This document shows positions 53,001-64,000 of a DNA stretch of 64,000 nucleotides, piece after piece. The notes under the pieces are model-generated. The model saw only the letters and a program-made list of their open reading frames with translations. It had not been told where the DNA came from and searched no databases. The position numbers and the translations under genes were made by a program. Source of the DNA: Acanthaster planci (taxonomy: Eukaryota); contig NW_019091362.1 of the NCBI RefSeq assembly GCF_001949145.1, positions 310,670 through 374,669 on the forward strand. The letters run 5' to 3'. The stretch's first letter is position 1. The number at the start of each line of letters is the position of its first letter.

Positions 53001-56000
53001 TAGCCGTAGCTCTGGAAGCCCGCTTCGGACACGGCCTAACTCTAATGATTACAACAGCAGCTGATTGCTGTGAGTGCAAAGTTTGAGTATTGTTATATTA
53101 AAGGTTGCTCCTGTCAAGATGTATGATTGGGGGATGATGACCATTCCAACAAACACTCAGCAGGAGAGCTGTGAGAACAAGAATAAAACTGTTTGGCTTT
53201 TCAGGGCTTTGAACACCTACACGCAACATAGGGCAGAGTCAATTCACTATTCGAATATTTGACCTTCAATTCGTTTGAATATTCAAATATTCAGTCTCAC
53301 CAACCAGCAGATTGTTGATTAAACCATATACAGATCAGTTGCAATAATGCACACAATTGTAAATTATAATCACTATTCAGTTCGTAAGTGTGACGTCACT
53401 TCAGTTTAAACCACGCCCACTGCATATGCACTGCACATAGAGGTGAATGCATTGATCGCTGAAATCATGGCGTGTCCACCTTTGTGACAAAGTCACTTAT
53501 GAACCGGATAATGATAAAGCTTCTCACGTCTAGACTTGGAGTATCTCCAGCCACAATTTAGCAAGATTTAAGAGATGAACAATACTTCTTGCCCTGCTGA
53601 AAATTTCTATTGCTCTAAATATTTTCAATGTATAATTTACTTTTGGAGTCGTAAGATATGTTGCTTTTCATTTGAATCTGCTTAAAACAAGCCTCCAAAG
53701 TGCAATTTTTCTCATTTAAAACAAAAGAAAATTCTCCCTTCCTTTTCATGAAATTTGCATTGGAATAATAAAAAAAAATTTATTTGGAAAGTGACATTTG
53801 AATATTCAATATATAATAGAATATTCAGCAAAGCCCTAATGCAACAAGCAACAAATTCTCTTTTGTGAATCTTGCACTTGGTTTAGTTGTTCAAAATGCA
53901 AAACATAACAAATCGCAACTGATTAAACCTCTCCTATTTCTCAATTTTGGGGTCAAAAATCCTGGAATCCGGCCAAATCTGTTGAAATCACATCCCGGTC
54001 ACGTATGCTCCCAGTTGCTATCAGCCAACCTAAGAGAAACGACTACTGTCCGAGCAACGGAACAAACACACTGCTGTAATCCCTTCACACAATTAAAAAA
54101 TAACACCCATTTGAGACAAACATTCACTTTGAAAACATTTTAATATTCAGAAAAAAGGACTTCTTTGAGAAAAATGAGCAGGCCAATAAGATTATGGTTT
54201 GGGAATAAAAATCTACGCAAAGTGTGGCAGGGTCAAATGTATGACATGTTACCTGTAAGGATAAAACCTGCTGTGGGAAAAAGTATCATGTAGTACGCTG
54301 TGCTGGTTACATGGCATGCCTTGAAAAACTGCAAACATCCACAAAATGATCAAATGAAAGTCTTTTTGCCATTTGCATATCATTAACAGTGAAATTCTCA
54401 GTTTCAACAAAATTGACATATAGATGCATTTCTCAACAAATATACTTGCAATTTCTCAATAAAAATCACAACTTAGCAATTTGAAATCTCAACACATATA
54501 TCAAGTGTCCAAGTAAAGTAATACTCTTCATATTAATTTTAAAGGCTTCGCTGCATAACTAACATTTTGCAAGAAATTTAGACATTCAGAACTTAATCTT
54601 TCAAACCTTAAATGTACATATGCATGTAAGGACAAGTGAAATATGGAAGCAGATTAATCTACTTGCATTCTGTTGCCTGCAAAAAGAGATAAGTACAGAT
54701 TGAAACAAATAAAGATGGATGAAGCAATACTGTGAACACATTTTGCTCATTTGCTTCATATTAGCAATATTTAAGTTTCAATACTAAATACAATTCTAAA
54801 TACATCATCCAGAAAAAAATAACAACAAAAAACCACATCCTTTTCATCCGTCCTCCCACTTCCCCACAAGCAAAACAAAATAAAAAAAAAAAAAAGAGAA
54901 AAATGAACCTGATTTATCGTTATGCTCTGTTTTTGGAGGTTAAGCCAACTACAGTAGAAGATACCCTTGAAATGTTAAGAGGACAATAGTGGTACATGTA
55001 ACTTTCAACAACTGTGATGTGATCAAGAAGAATCGGGTTTGTCAGTAGTCCAGTATTTCTCATTTCAGATACAGCTTGAAATATAAATTCCAAACATCAC
55101 ACCAATCCGAGTTCCAGCGTCCACAACTTGTGAACCACACGTCTTATCAAGACAGAATTTTCAAAGCCATGAGTTGATATTGTTATTTTTAAATTCTGCA
55201 TCAGCCATCCTACCACAGAGTACCGGTAGCTTTCTTGTTCGGTAGCCTTACCATGAAATGTGCTGATGATATGGCACTCTATGGGGAGAGAACTGGTACA
55301 ACAAACCATACACTGACCAATGTTGATATGACTCATTTTGCCTGATCGTATCACAATTGAACTTTTAATAAACTTCACAAGCTTCTGTATTCTTATCTGT
55401 AACGTCATCTGTGAATGCGTAAATGTACTTTCTGTCAAGTCTATTTTGCATGGATTTTGTGGAGAATGACATGTATAAACATTTGTCATTAGTGTCTACA
55501 AGATATGTGCATGTGTATATAAACTTAGATGCCCACTGCACAAATGCAGGGAAAGAGGTACTTTAAACAGGGTACATACAAAGAGTGTGTCATGTATGTA
55601 TGGTTTCCCTGGAGGGAAATCACCAATCGTCAATATTGACGTCAATACATGTGACCTAATTCAGGACTTGCTCTCTGGTTGCAAATATGGCCGTCAATAT
55701 TCACGACCAAAATTCAGGACTTACTTTCTGGTTATGAATATTACTGTCAATATTCGCAACCAAAATTCAGGACTTACTTTCTGGTTATGAATATTACTGT
55801 CAATATTTGCAACCGAAATTCATGACTCACTCTTAAGTTGCAATGAAATTCCCAACTCTTATCTCCGATTGCAAATATTGCTGCGAATTTTTTTTCAAGC
55901 AAGCTAGGTGGAAATGAAGTGTTCACGGACAATGACCTACATTTTTCGGCTTGATCTCAACTTATTATTCGGCTGGGCAGTTTTCACACAAAGCAGGGGG

Positions 56001-59000
56001 CACAACATTAAAAAAGCAATTGCTGTGTCTAGAGCCGAGCAACTTCTCTCTCTACCCGGCTTGCTGGACAAAAAAAGCAATATTTGCGACCAGAGATAAG
56101 AGTCGTAAATTTGGTCACAAAAACTGACTTAGTATTCCTTGGGTCGCAAACAAAGGCTACATGCCTTACTTGGCATGCACAAGGGTTTATCCACAACGAA
56201 CACAGGGCAAGGGTTCTCCCCCCTTTTCTCTGTTTGATGTAATCTACATTCAGAATTCACATCTTGGCACGAACAGAAAAAAGCCGTTTTAAGCTTGTTA
56301 TAGTTGAGCTCTGAAGACAAAGGACGCTGTGTTCGATGTGGATGCTTCCATATTTATTGGAACAGATAAAATCAGAGAAAGCATGTTTTCCTTAGAGGTG
56401 CTCTTTAAATCTTCCCAAAATAAAGGGTGATAATTTTGTAGTATGTTGTCCATATTATTTCTTATATTCTCATGGCACTCAATTGCACAAATCAAACATC
56501 ACACACACTTTCTTACACTTTCAGGTACATTTCACAATTAATCTCATGCTATTTACTGTCAGATGTAATGCACTCTCAATGCACATTAAGAATAGTTAGG
56601 CATGCAACTATAAAATCTGGGGAAATAGGATAAATGTTCATACAATTTGCTTTTGCCTCTTGTAAAGGCTCATAATTTTAAAGATTAAGACTAACAAGTC
56701 TAAATTTTTTTTCAACTGATTAATCATTCCTTAATGAATGACACACGACAGCTGATTTTTTCCGTACACAAGTCCTCACACACGTAGGTTTAATAAAGAG
56801 GCATGTTTGCTTTGAGATCATCAAAAAGCAGTATTTTTCTCTAAAATGGCATTTCATGGATGAAATGATTGGGAATGTGTCCTCTGACAGAACCCTTCAC
56901 TTCGTTTGTTTAGAAGAGATGGTCTGAAGCTGGGTAGGGTATGAACACATATCTTTTACCCTGCACAAGTCTATTTTCATAACGCTTTGGGAAACATTTG
57001 TTCCTCTAAGGGCTCAATGATTTTCTAACTTTATGTTCTGCTTCCCATTTTTGATGATGCAAATTTCACTTACAATCACTACACAGGATAAAAAACTTTC
57101 CTTATTTTCATAACTCATCCATAATACCAGTGTGGAAAGGCTGCTATTTTCATCTGCCATGGAATGAGTGAATAAAACCATCCCATATTCTGACCAACAG
57201 TTACAAACTGTGGGGGAAATGCCAAGAGGCACTTATTTTGAAAGGCAAACTCACACATACCGGTGCCCTGCACTCTCTCTCCAATCTCACACACAAAGTA
57301 CATGCATACCAGTGTTTTACTAGTGCATACAGATGTATGTACCATGCACATTGTATATGTGCCTGCTCTGTGTGACAAACTGTGCTCCAATGGCAATCAA
57401 CAAAGCCAGAACCACTGGTCTCTATATGCAAGTGGATATTTCATGTGCTCACTGCCATACAAAAGTGATACCTCCTTGTCTCTATTTTATGGGCCTGCAA
57501 AAACCTGCCATCTGTTCAGTGCACTACGGTGTACTACTGTACAATTACACACGTATTTGCAGTTTTCCAGGTTTTTGTGTGGTACTGTTCGGCAATTAAA
57601 TGATTTGTGGGTCAAAAATAGGAAATTTGTAATTAAATATATAACAAACTGTCCACAAGACAGTCCTGTAGCACAAATGATTTCACAGTCCACTGTGACT
57701 TATATCTCAAATCTAAAGGCCAGTCTCCAACACCTTTGCATTAGGTTTGGATCTCCAAAGATGAGTGACCTCAGACCCTCAGTCTTGACATGTTATCCAG
57801 TCTGTACAGAGAGACCATCGGCTTGAACACTGTGCTGGATGCCAATGCTAGTATTGTGAACTTACTGGTGCTTACAAGCATACCCACGAAGGCAGATTGT
57901 TGCTACATGTAGGTAATATACGGGGGCTCATACTGTAAAATCTCTCAGTAGTCTTCTGGGTATTTTATGAAGTAAGACTTTACCGTCCCAAAGATATACC
58001 ACTTGTCCTCTTGGAATGAATTACATTTTGATCTATTTTTATTCAACCTAATTTACAATGTAATGCATTTGCAAGCGAATACTTCCAAATGAACATTACA
58101 TTCATCGTCTGTACCTAACTTTTAATGTTACTTTTAATTTGAAAACACTGTTTGCGTGAACTTCGTATGGGTCATTCCATAAATCCAAGGTCCATTTTTG
58201 CTGTCTGTCAGGGTACATCTGGTGTATGATTCCTTAAGTCTTAGCACACATTCTTTAATTACCAAAAGCGACTAAGTAATGGAAATTACCAGACAAAAAA
58301 AACTTGAAGTCAATTTCAATGATATATTCATTGGCTAATTCCACAGGTCAGGTGTAACTGGGTCAGAAGAAATGTCAAGACACTGGACCCCAAGTTTATA
58401 GAATGACCCACGTATCAGCTCATTTTTGTATGTTGTGATGTCATTCCACCAGTACTGCTCAGGGATGGGCTTGTGTGAAAGAATTGAGATCCAGTAACAA
58501 AGTCAATCAAATGATTGACATGCCCCTAAAATTCAAAGGGCTCACAATGATTCGAATATCAATCTACATGTATACTGTGGTGTTTCATAATTACTAACCA
58601 GCAAGGAGGTCAGTACTGGTGGAAAAACATGATGTCAATTGTAGATGCACCATGTGATGAATGCAACTCAAATCATTGTGAAAAAAACAGTTGCTCCATA
58701 AAGTGAGTGCAATTATTGTTGGGGCCATTCTATTTCATGAATGCTACTCGTGTTCTGGGTATTCTACCAGTATTTCATGAATGTTGATGTCGCCTAAACA
58801 TTTGCATAAAAGTTCTTGTTTCTGGTTTAAAAAACCCTTAACACTGCTTGAGGGGACTTGACTGAAGTGGGCAAAAAACCCACCAGTTATACTTCCGACT
58901 ACATGCATTTCAAGATGAGTAAAGAGGCTGTAATTCTTTTTGGGGTGGGGGCTAAATTTTTTTGGTACTGACTGAATGGGGTACTCAATTATTTATGTAA

Positions 59001-61702
59001 ATTCTAGCTTGGACTCTCCCCATTTGTACCATGCAAGCTGTAAAAAATGCCACCCAAAAAAGATAAAGACTTGCATTAGATAACCCTAACCCTCCTCAAT
59101 CCTCCCAAATCCTTCAGGTGGTTTTGGAGGATTCTGGAAAATTGAGGGTGAATGGCAAAAGTGCATGGCTGATTGCGAAGGAAGCCATGCCTGAAGGTTG
59201 TGGGTTAGATAGCAGTTTTGTAATGACAGAAAAGATAACAGGATTTTTTTCTCAATAAACTTGCTGATAAATGGTTTGGGATCACATTGTAAAAATGGGT
59301 TGCTTGGATAATCGGAAGCAGAACTGGGGTTTTTTGGCCTTGGGACACCCTCCCCCCAACCCAAATAAACAAGAAAGGCATACAAATAAAATAAATGACT
59401 GACATCCAACATTAATAATTACTCTCCTTGGTCAAATATGGAAGAATGAGACAAGACACAAGAAAATGGAGGCATGAGGCAAATAACTGCACACCAAGAA
59501 TCAGGAATTGACACGGAGTCGAGGCAAGAAATGGACACCAGAGTCTGGACAAACTTCACACATGACCCAAAAAGTATTATAATGCCAGTCTGAGTCACTA
59601 TGGTGGTAAAGACCACCAGTCAGGACATTTGTATGACAAATGTTATTGCACTTATCAATCACTTCTACAAAGCTGAAAAGGAATGTGAAGTTTCAACAAA
59701 TACATGTAACACTAATAAGGACTTGACCAAACCTACGCAAAATGTTCAAATCCCAACTTCGTATCTTTTCTCACTTCTTACATGTCCCTACTAAAATTAA
59801 TTATATTCCTGCAGATCATTTCTTTGGAAGAACAATTTTCTGGGTGAAAATTTCACACTTAATTTCACGATGATTAAAGATGAAAAACTGACATTTCTGT
59901 TATACATTATGCATTACTATGGCAAAGCTTCAAACTGATTCCCTATTTTCTGAACTTTTCAGGATTAAAGAGTAATTGTTTCCTCCGGTTGAAAATCAGT
60001 TATTCAATTACTTCGTCACTCATGGAAATGGTTTGTTTTACTGCATTTACTTACTTCCCTGGCTTGACATCAACAGAATTTCTGAAATAGCAAAGTGTTA
60101 ATTCCAAAGCAAAACATACAGGTGTGTCCAATAAATGCATCTTTTGAAACAAGACACATTGGATTAAAGTTGATCCAAAAACGTCAGTGAAAACAACATT
60201 GAGTTTTTTGATGTGAAAGGATTAAAAATGAAGAAATAAAAGAGATAACAAACTGTGATATGACCTCTTGTTCAATGTACATCTTCCAGTAGCGTCCTGA
60301 ATTGGTGAAGGTAGCTATAAGAAGCTCATAGAGAGGACGGGCTTTATCCACCGGCTGACTCTGTGTGGAGACATCAAAGAGGAAATAAAAACCGAGATTG
60401 GAGACTAATTGACATGTACATGGGATCCAATGGTCTCTCGCGTGTAGCTTTACACTGGTCAGTCTACCAGATGCATTAAGAGTTCCAAGCATTCTACGAC
60501 ACCATGCACGATATGGGACGGAGGGGTACCCCCCCCTGGTCCAATCCCTATACACACTCTAGACTATTGTTACCTAACACATCCCCTAGAAGTCTGTAAA
60601 GAATTCCTGAGATTCCGATCAAACACTGACCAACACAAAGGGGGGGTGCTCTTCGTCCCATATCTTGCATCCTATGCATTCTACAAAGTACAAAAGAAGC
60701 AACTTTGAATGACCAGCGCATGCCTACATGTCTACCTGTTTCTTCTCATTCTTCAGGATTTTAGCATTCTTTGTTGCAAGGACTTTGTTTGGCATATTTA
60801 GCTGTTCAACCAACAGTGCACGTGATGTAACTTATAAGGAAACCTTTCATAGAATACAATTCACATCCCCTTCACTGGATTAGACTTGTTTCTGATCCCC
60901 TCGGCTCCAACAAGCCATTTGCGAGTTAAATTTGAATAAAATCTGGTACACTGAGTTATCCGATTGCACATAAACACAACAATTTGAATCCTCCAGACTT
61001 AAGACACTGTTGCTATACCTCGTGATTTGGGGCAAGCTTTTGCATAGCGACCACCATCTGTGGAATGGACTGGTTCCTTTGTGCCCTTTTAATCCATTGA
61101 GAACAGTATATTGTTGCAAGGCGTCTCTTATGTAGTTAAGCAAAAGCTTGCCCCGAATCACGAGGATATATGCAGCAAGGTATGAGACGGAGAGAAACCC
61201 CCCTGCTTTGTGTTGGTCATTGTCTCGCAGGAATCTGGGGAATTCCTTTCAGACATCTTGGGGGGGATGTGTTAAGTAACAATAGTCTGGAATGTGTATA
61301 GGGATTGGGCACGGTGGGGGGGGTACCCCTCGGTCTCATTTCTTGCTGGGTGTACATGAGGTATAGCAACAGTGGTTTTAGTATGGAGAATTCCAATTGT
61401 TATGTTCACGTGAATTTAGAACTCAGTGTACCAGATTTTATTTAAATTTAACTCACAAAAGGCTTATTGGTGTCTTTTACTCGGCTAGTCAAACGTCAAA
61501 CACTTGCCTCTCAGACAGTCTGGCCTGTTCTCTTGTCGGGAATCTTTTTTGAAACTCATTAAAGTGTTTCAGCTGAGACTGACAATATTATTTATCTCAC
61601 CTGTGCTTCTCGGAGTAAAATCCCCCAAGCGTCTGTGTCATATTTGTACATCTCAATTTTCTTATGTGCTTTTTTCACCTTTTCAGGGATGTACCCCCAG
61701 CC
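41038..61702 (-). CDS. CSTF3: Cleavage stimulation factor 77 kDa subunit (CstF-77 / suppressor of forked); 19 exons in window, first exon not found
   Basis: Exons: 61601-61702, 60265-60360, 49800-49832, 48717-48916, 47553-47679, 46987-47064, 46585-46747, 46259-46368, 46042-46158, 45762-45836, 45252-45395, 44558-44660, 44106-44175, 43849-43945, 43550-43648, 43084-43255, 42635-42729, 42060-42120, 41038-41210 (2115 nt, phases consistent, all GT-AG). HAT-repeat sequences [66 protein letters not shown]; proline-rich [10 protein letters not shown]-terminus DSDEDEE...[13 protein letters not shown]. Confidence 0.96.
48377..48530. mobile_element. Palindromic MITE
   Basis: TCACAATAGTGCACCGCCAAGAGTTT...TTGGCCAATCA versus TGATTGGCCAA...AAACTCTTGGTGGCACACTATTGTGA. 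Confidence 0.75.
55655..55880. repeat. Degenerate tandem repeat of about 52-53 bp, 3-4 copies
   Basis: Unit resembles AATTCAGGACTTACTTTCTGGTTATGAATATTACTGTCAATATTCGCAACCAA. Confidence 0.75.
58038..58043 (-). terminator. Candidate intronic poly(A) signal in the large CSTF3 intron
   Basis: First sense-strand AATAAA I found after the donor at 60264. TGTA and ATTAAA motifs lie upstream (58121-58140, 58254-58259), with GT-rich sequence downstream. Confidence 0.4.
60500..60677 (+). mobile_element. Diverged member of the same MITE family
   Basis: Shares core GTCCAATCCCTATACACA..AGACTATTGTTAC.TAACACATCCCC; has its own TIRs ATGCACGATATGGGACG / CGTCCCATATCTTGCAT. Confidence 0.7.
61167..61353 (-). mobile_element. 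Same MITE family, inverted near-identical copy nested in a larger foldback element (about 60910-61470)
   Basis: Reverse complement of 27374-27564. It interrupts the right arm of an outer inverted repeat (60910-61050 versus 61135-61166 plus 61354-61470). Confidence 0.8.
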
Positions 61703-64000
61703 CTGTGAATCAAAGAATATTGGAATACTAACTTTAATTACATGTATAAAATACAAATGTAGAAGTGTGTTAAATGCAATAAAATACATATAACTCAAAA
61801 TGGCTCCACTGACATGGTTTAATATTTTTCTTTCCCTAAACTGCCGGTTGGAATGATGCTGATCACATTTTCTGCAAATGTACTGGCAAAAAGACGAGAC
61901 TGCAGGCACCTGAACATGTAAACAAAATTTTCTACAAAATAAATAATGAGCTCCTTTTTTTCCCCACAATTTTGGATGGCTGGTCCAACAGCTATTACAT
62001 GTACATGTACTTAGCAATTTTGAATATGGATCAACAAGAATTGCTGGAATTCTGCATATAGACAGAAGTAAGTTTTGAAGATCACTTCTAAATCCTAGAG
62101 TGTGAAATTACGGTTGGACATTAGACGTGAAATTGGCCCATAATTATTTGCACATCGTAAAACGTAGGTCATGCCATTAACGAATGTTCAATTTTCCCAT
62201 GGTAGTCCATGCATGACACATAACCTGGGTACCAGGCAATATTGAACCAGTAGTGGTTGGCTGCATTTGCGCGGTTCCTCCAGTTCAATCGAGTATGGCT
62301 TATACGCATTATATTTCTGTATGTGCGATGGGAGTATACCCTTGTTGATGACCCATGGGTCTTACTCCTGCCGAACACGAGTAGCTCGCTCGAACGCAGC
62401 CCTTAGTCATAGCTCAACTGTGCTCTGAGTCCGACTGTTTCCCAATCCCCATAGTCTGAACAAAAATAATAAAAGGGTCAGGAACCCCAAGTCTACCTTT
62501 ATACAATATGGCAGATCAACAGCTGGTAATGGCAGAGCAAAATTGATTGTCTTATGACATTTTGTCTGAGCACTTTTTTGGTCTAATTATGCACTCTGAA
62601 ATCCCATGGTGTGCTGGAAGGTACAGTGCATGGGTGCCATCTAGACCCAGTAACGAGACCTGTATTTATCTTTTTTCAAAGTTTCACTTGGGGGCCCAGT
62701 GAATTGGCCACTTATTTTGTCAGCTCCTGGATCTTTACAAATGCAAATGAGAGAATAGTCAACTGCCCTGGGCAATAAACCTTTTCAGCGTTCACAAGGA
62801 TGACAAACAAGCAATGCATTTTATGCACAACCCTATGGGAGAAGCACACCCATAAAACGTTACTGTTTCCATTTTATTTCATACTCCAATTCAAGCTATC
62901 CTCTTCTCACAGAGTGTTGCATTATTTGGGATAAAGATGTTCACAAATTTCAAATTTTAAAGCTTACAAGAAACAAAAAATTTTGGTAACCCCTCATAAG
63001 ACCACTAGTTTTTGTCATCCACCATGCTTGAACTAAGACTGTGGATATTAAGGAGCAACAGTATTGGCCAATCAGAATTACAACTTGTAGCTCATTTATC
63101 CTGCATTGACCAATCAGGTTCGTTTTTCAGCCCAGAGTGACTGGCGCTCTTAAAAAAAGACAATTAAGATTGATTTTTTTCTTCGTATAAGCATCCACAA
63201 ATTTATTTGCTATTTTGAAAATGTCTCTTGTCCACTACGCATGCATCTGTGAAGTGATGAAGGTACAGACAAATTTATTCTGAAAAAAACTGTGAATTGA
63301 TTTCTGACTGGTTCACTTCCTGACTGGTTTATGAATAAAAAGCATGTCTTACTTGTCATCCATACTACACTGCAAACGTTGAACAGCTTACATGTACATG
63401 TACATTGTAATTCCATGTGAAACTTCAACTTTGGTCTCACTAGGCTATTAATAGCCTAAATTTTTAACATGTTTAATTGTAATTTACAAAAAAAAAGAAA
63501 TTTCACTCACACAAATAAACAAGTGGAATTAAAAGTAATTATACTACGTTTTACAAAAAGGGAAAGAGTTCCTGGGCTAGGTAAAATGCATGTGGCAAAC
63601 TTTGTTGAACAGCACTATCGATTTTGTACTCAGCCTCATTTTCATTTTTTTACTGGTCCGATTTTAAAGCTCCAGCATGACCGTGTTGGTATTTCCCCAT
63701 GTCTGAAAATAATCAAAATTATGTAGCACCACCTTTTCTATGACGTTTTCTATTATTTACATGAAATACACTAGGTTTGAATACTTCATGTAGTTACAGG
63801 TCGGCCATTTTATTTTGTCCAGAAAATATTTCTGAAAAATCAGTAAAAATTCACTCCTCTCAACGGGGTCAAATATCGCATCAGAACGGTCGTCAAAACC
63901 TTCGATAATTTTATCAAAGATGACTTTGGACTTTCTCTTTTCTATGATTGTATATTTTTTTAGTTGATTTGTGAAATTTGATGGGATTTTATCGATCAGC

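Noticed and set aside
57263..57826. 187-aa ORF antisense within the large CSTF3 intron
   Set aside because: Non-ATG start, no recognisable motifs, composition like intron sequence.
63794..63808. AAAATGGCCGACC as CSTF3 exon 1
   Set aside because: It reads MADL-stop, and the available GT gives the wrong phase for the phase-0 exon at 61702; the true first exon probably lies outside the window.

Overview
AT-rich animal genomic DNA, probably from a marine invertebrate (inferred from gene and repeat content). Three genes lie on the minus strand. (1) A Drosophila-type (type-1, light-responsive) cryptochrome with a complete CDS: 11 coding exons, 2749-16562, 548 aa, one GC-AG intron. (2) A 302-aa single-coding-exon ORF with no recognisable family (37139-38047), behind an RFX X-box. 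(3) CstF-77/CSTF3 (suppressor of forked): 19 coding exons, 41038-61702; its first exon was not found and probably lies beyond the window. Upstream of the cryptochrome is a decayed Maverick/Polinton (about 28484-35770) with degenerate terminal inverted repeats and fragments of pPolB and major capsid protein. Its polymerase gene is interrupted by a LINE fragment, a MITE and a 6-bp-spaced tandem E-box pair. CSTF3 keeps the large intron with a weak donor that, in vertebrates, hosts the autoregulatory intronic poly(A) site. Introns carry many MITEs, a SINE, an L2 fragment, minisatellites and partial exon duplicates. All calls are by eye, without database searches.
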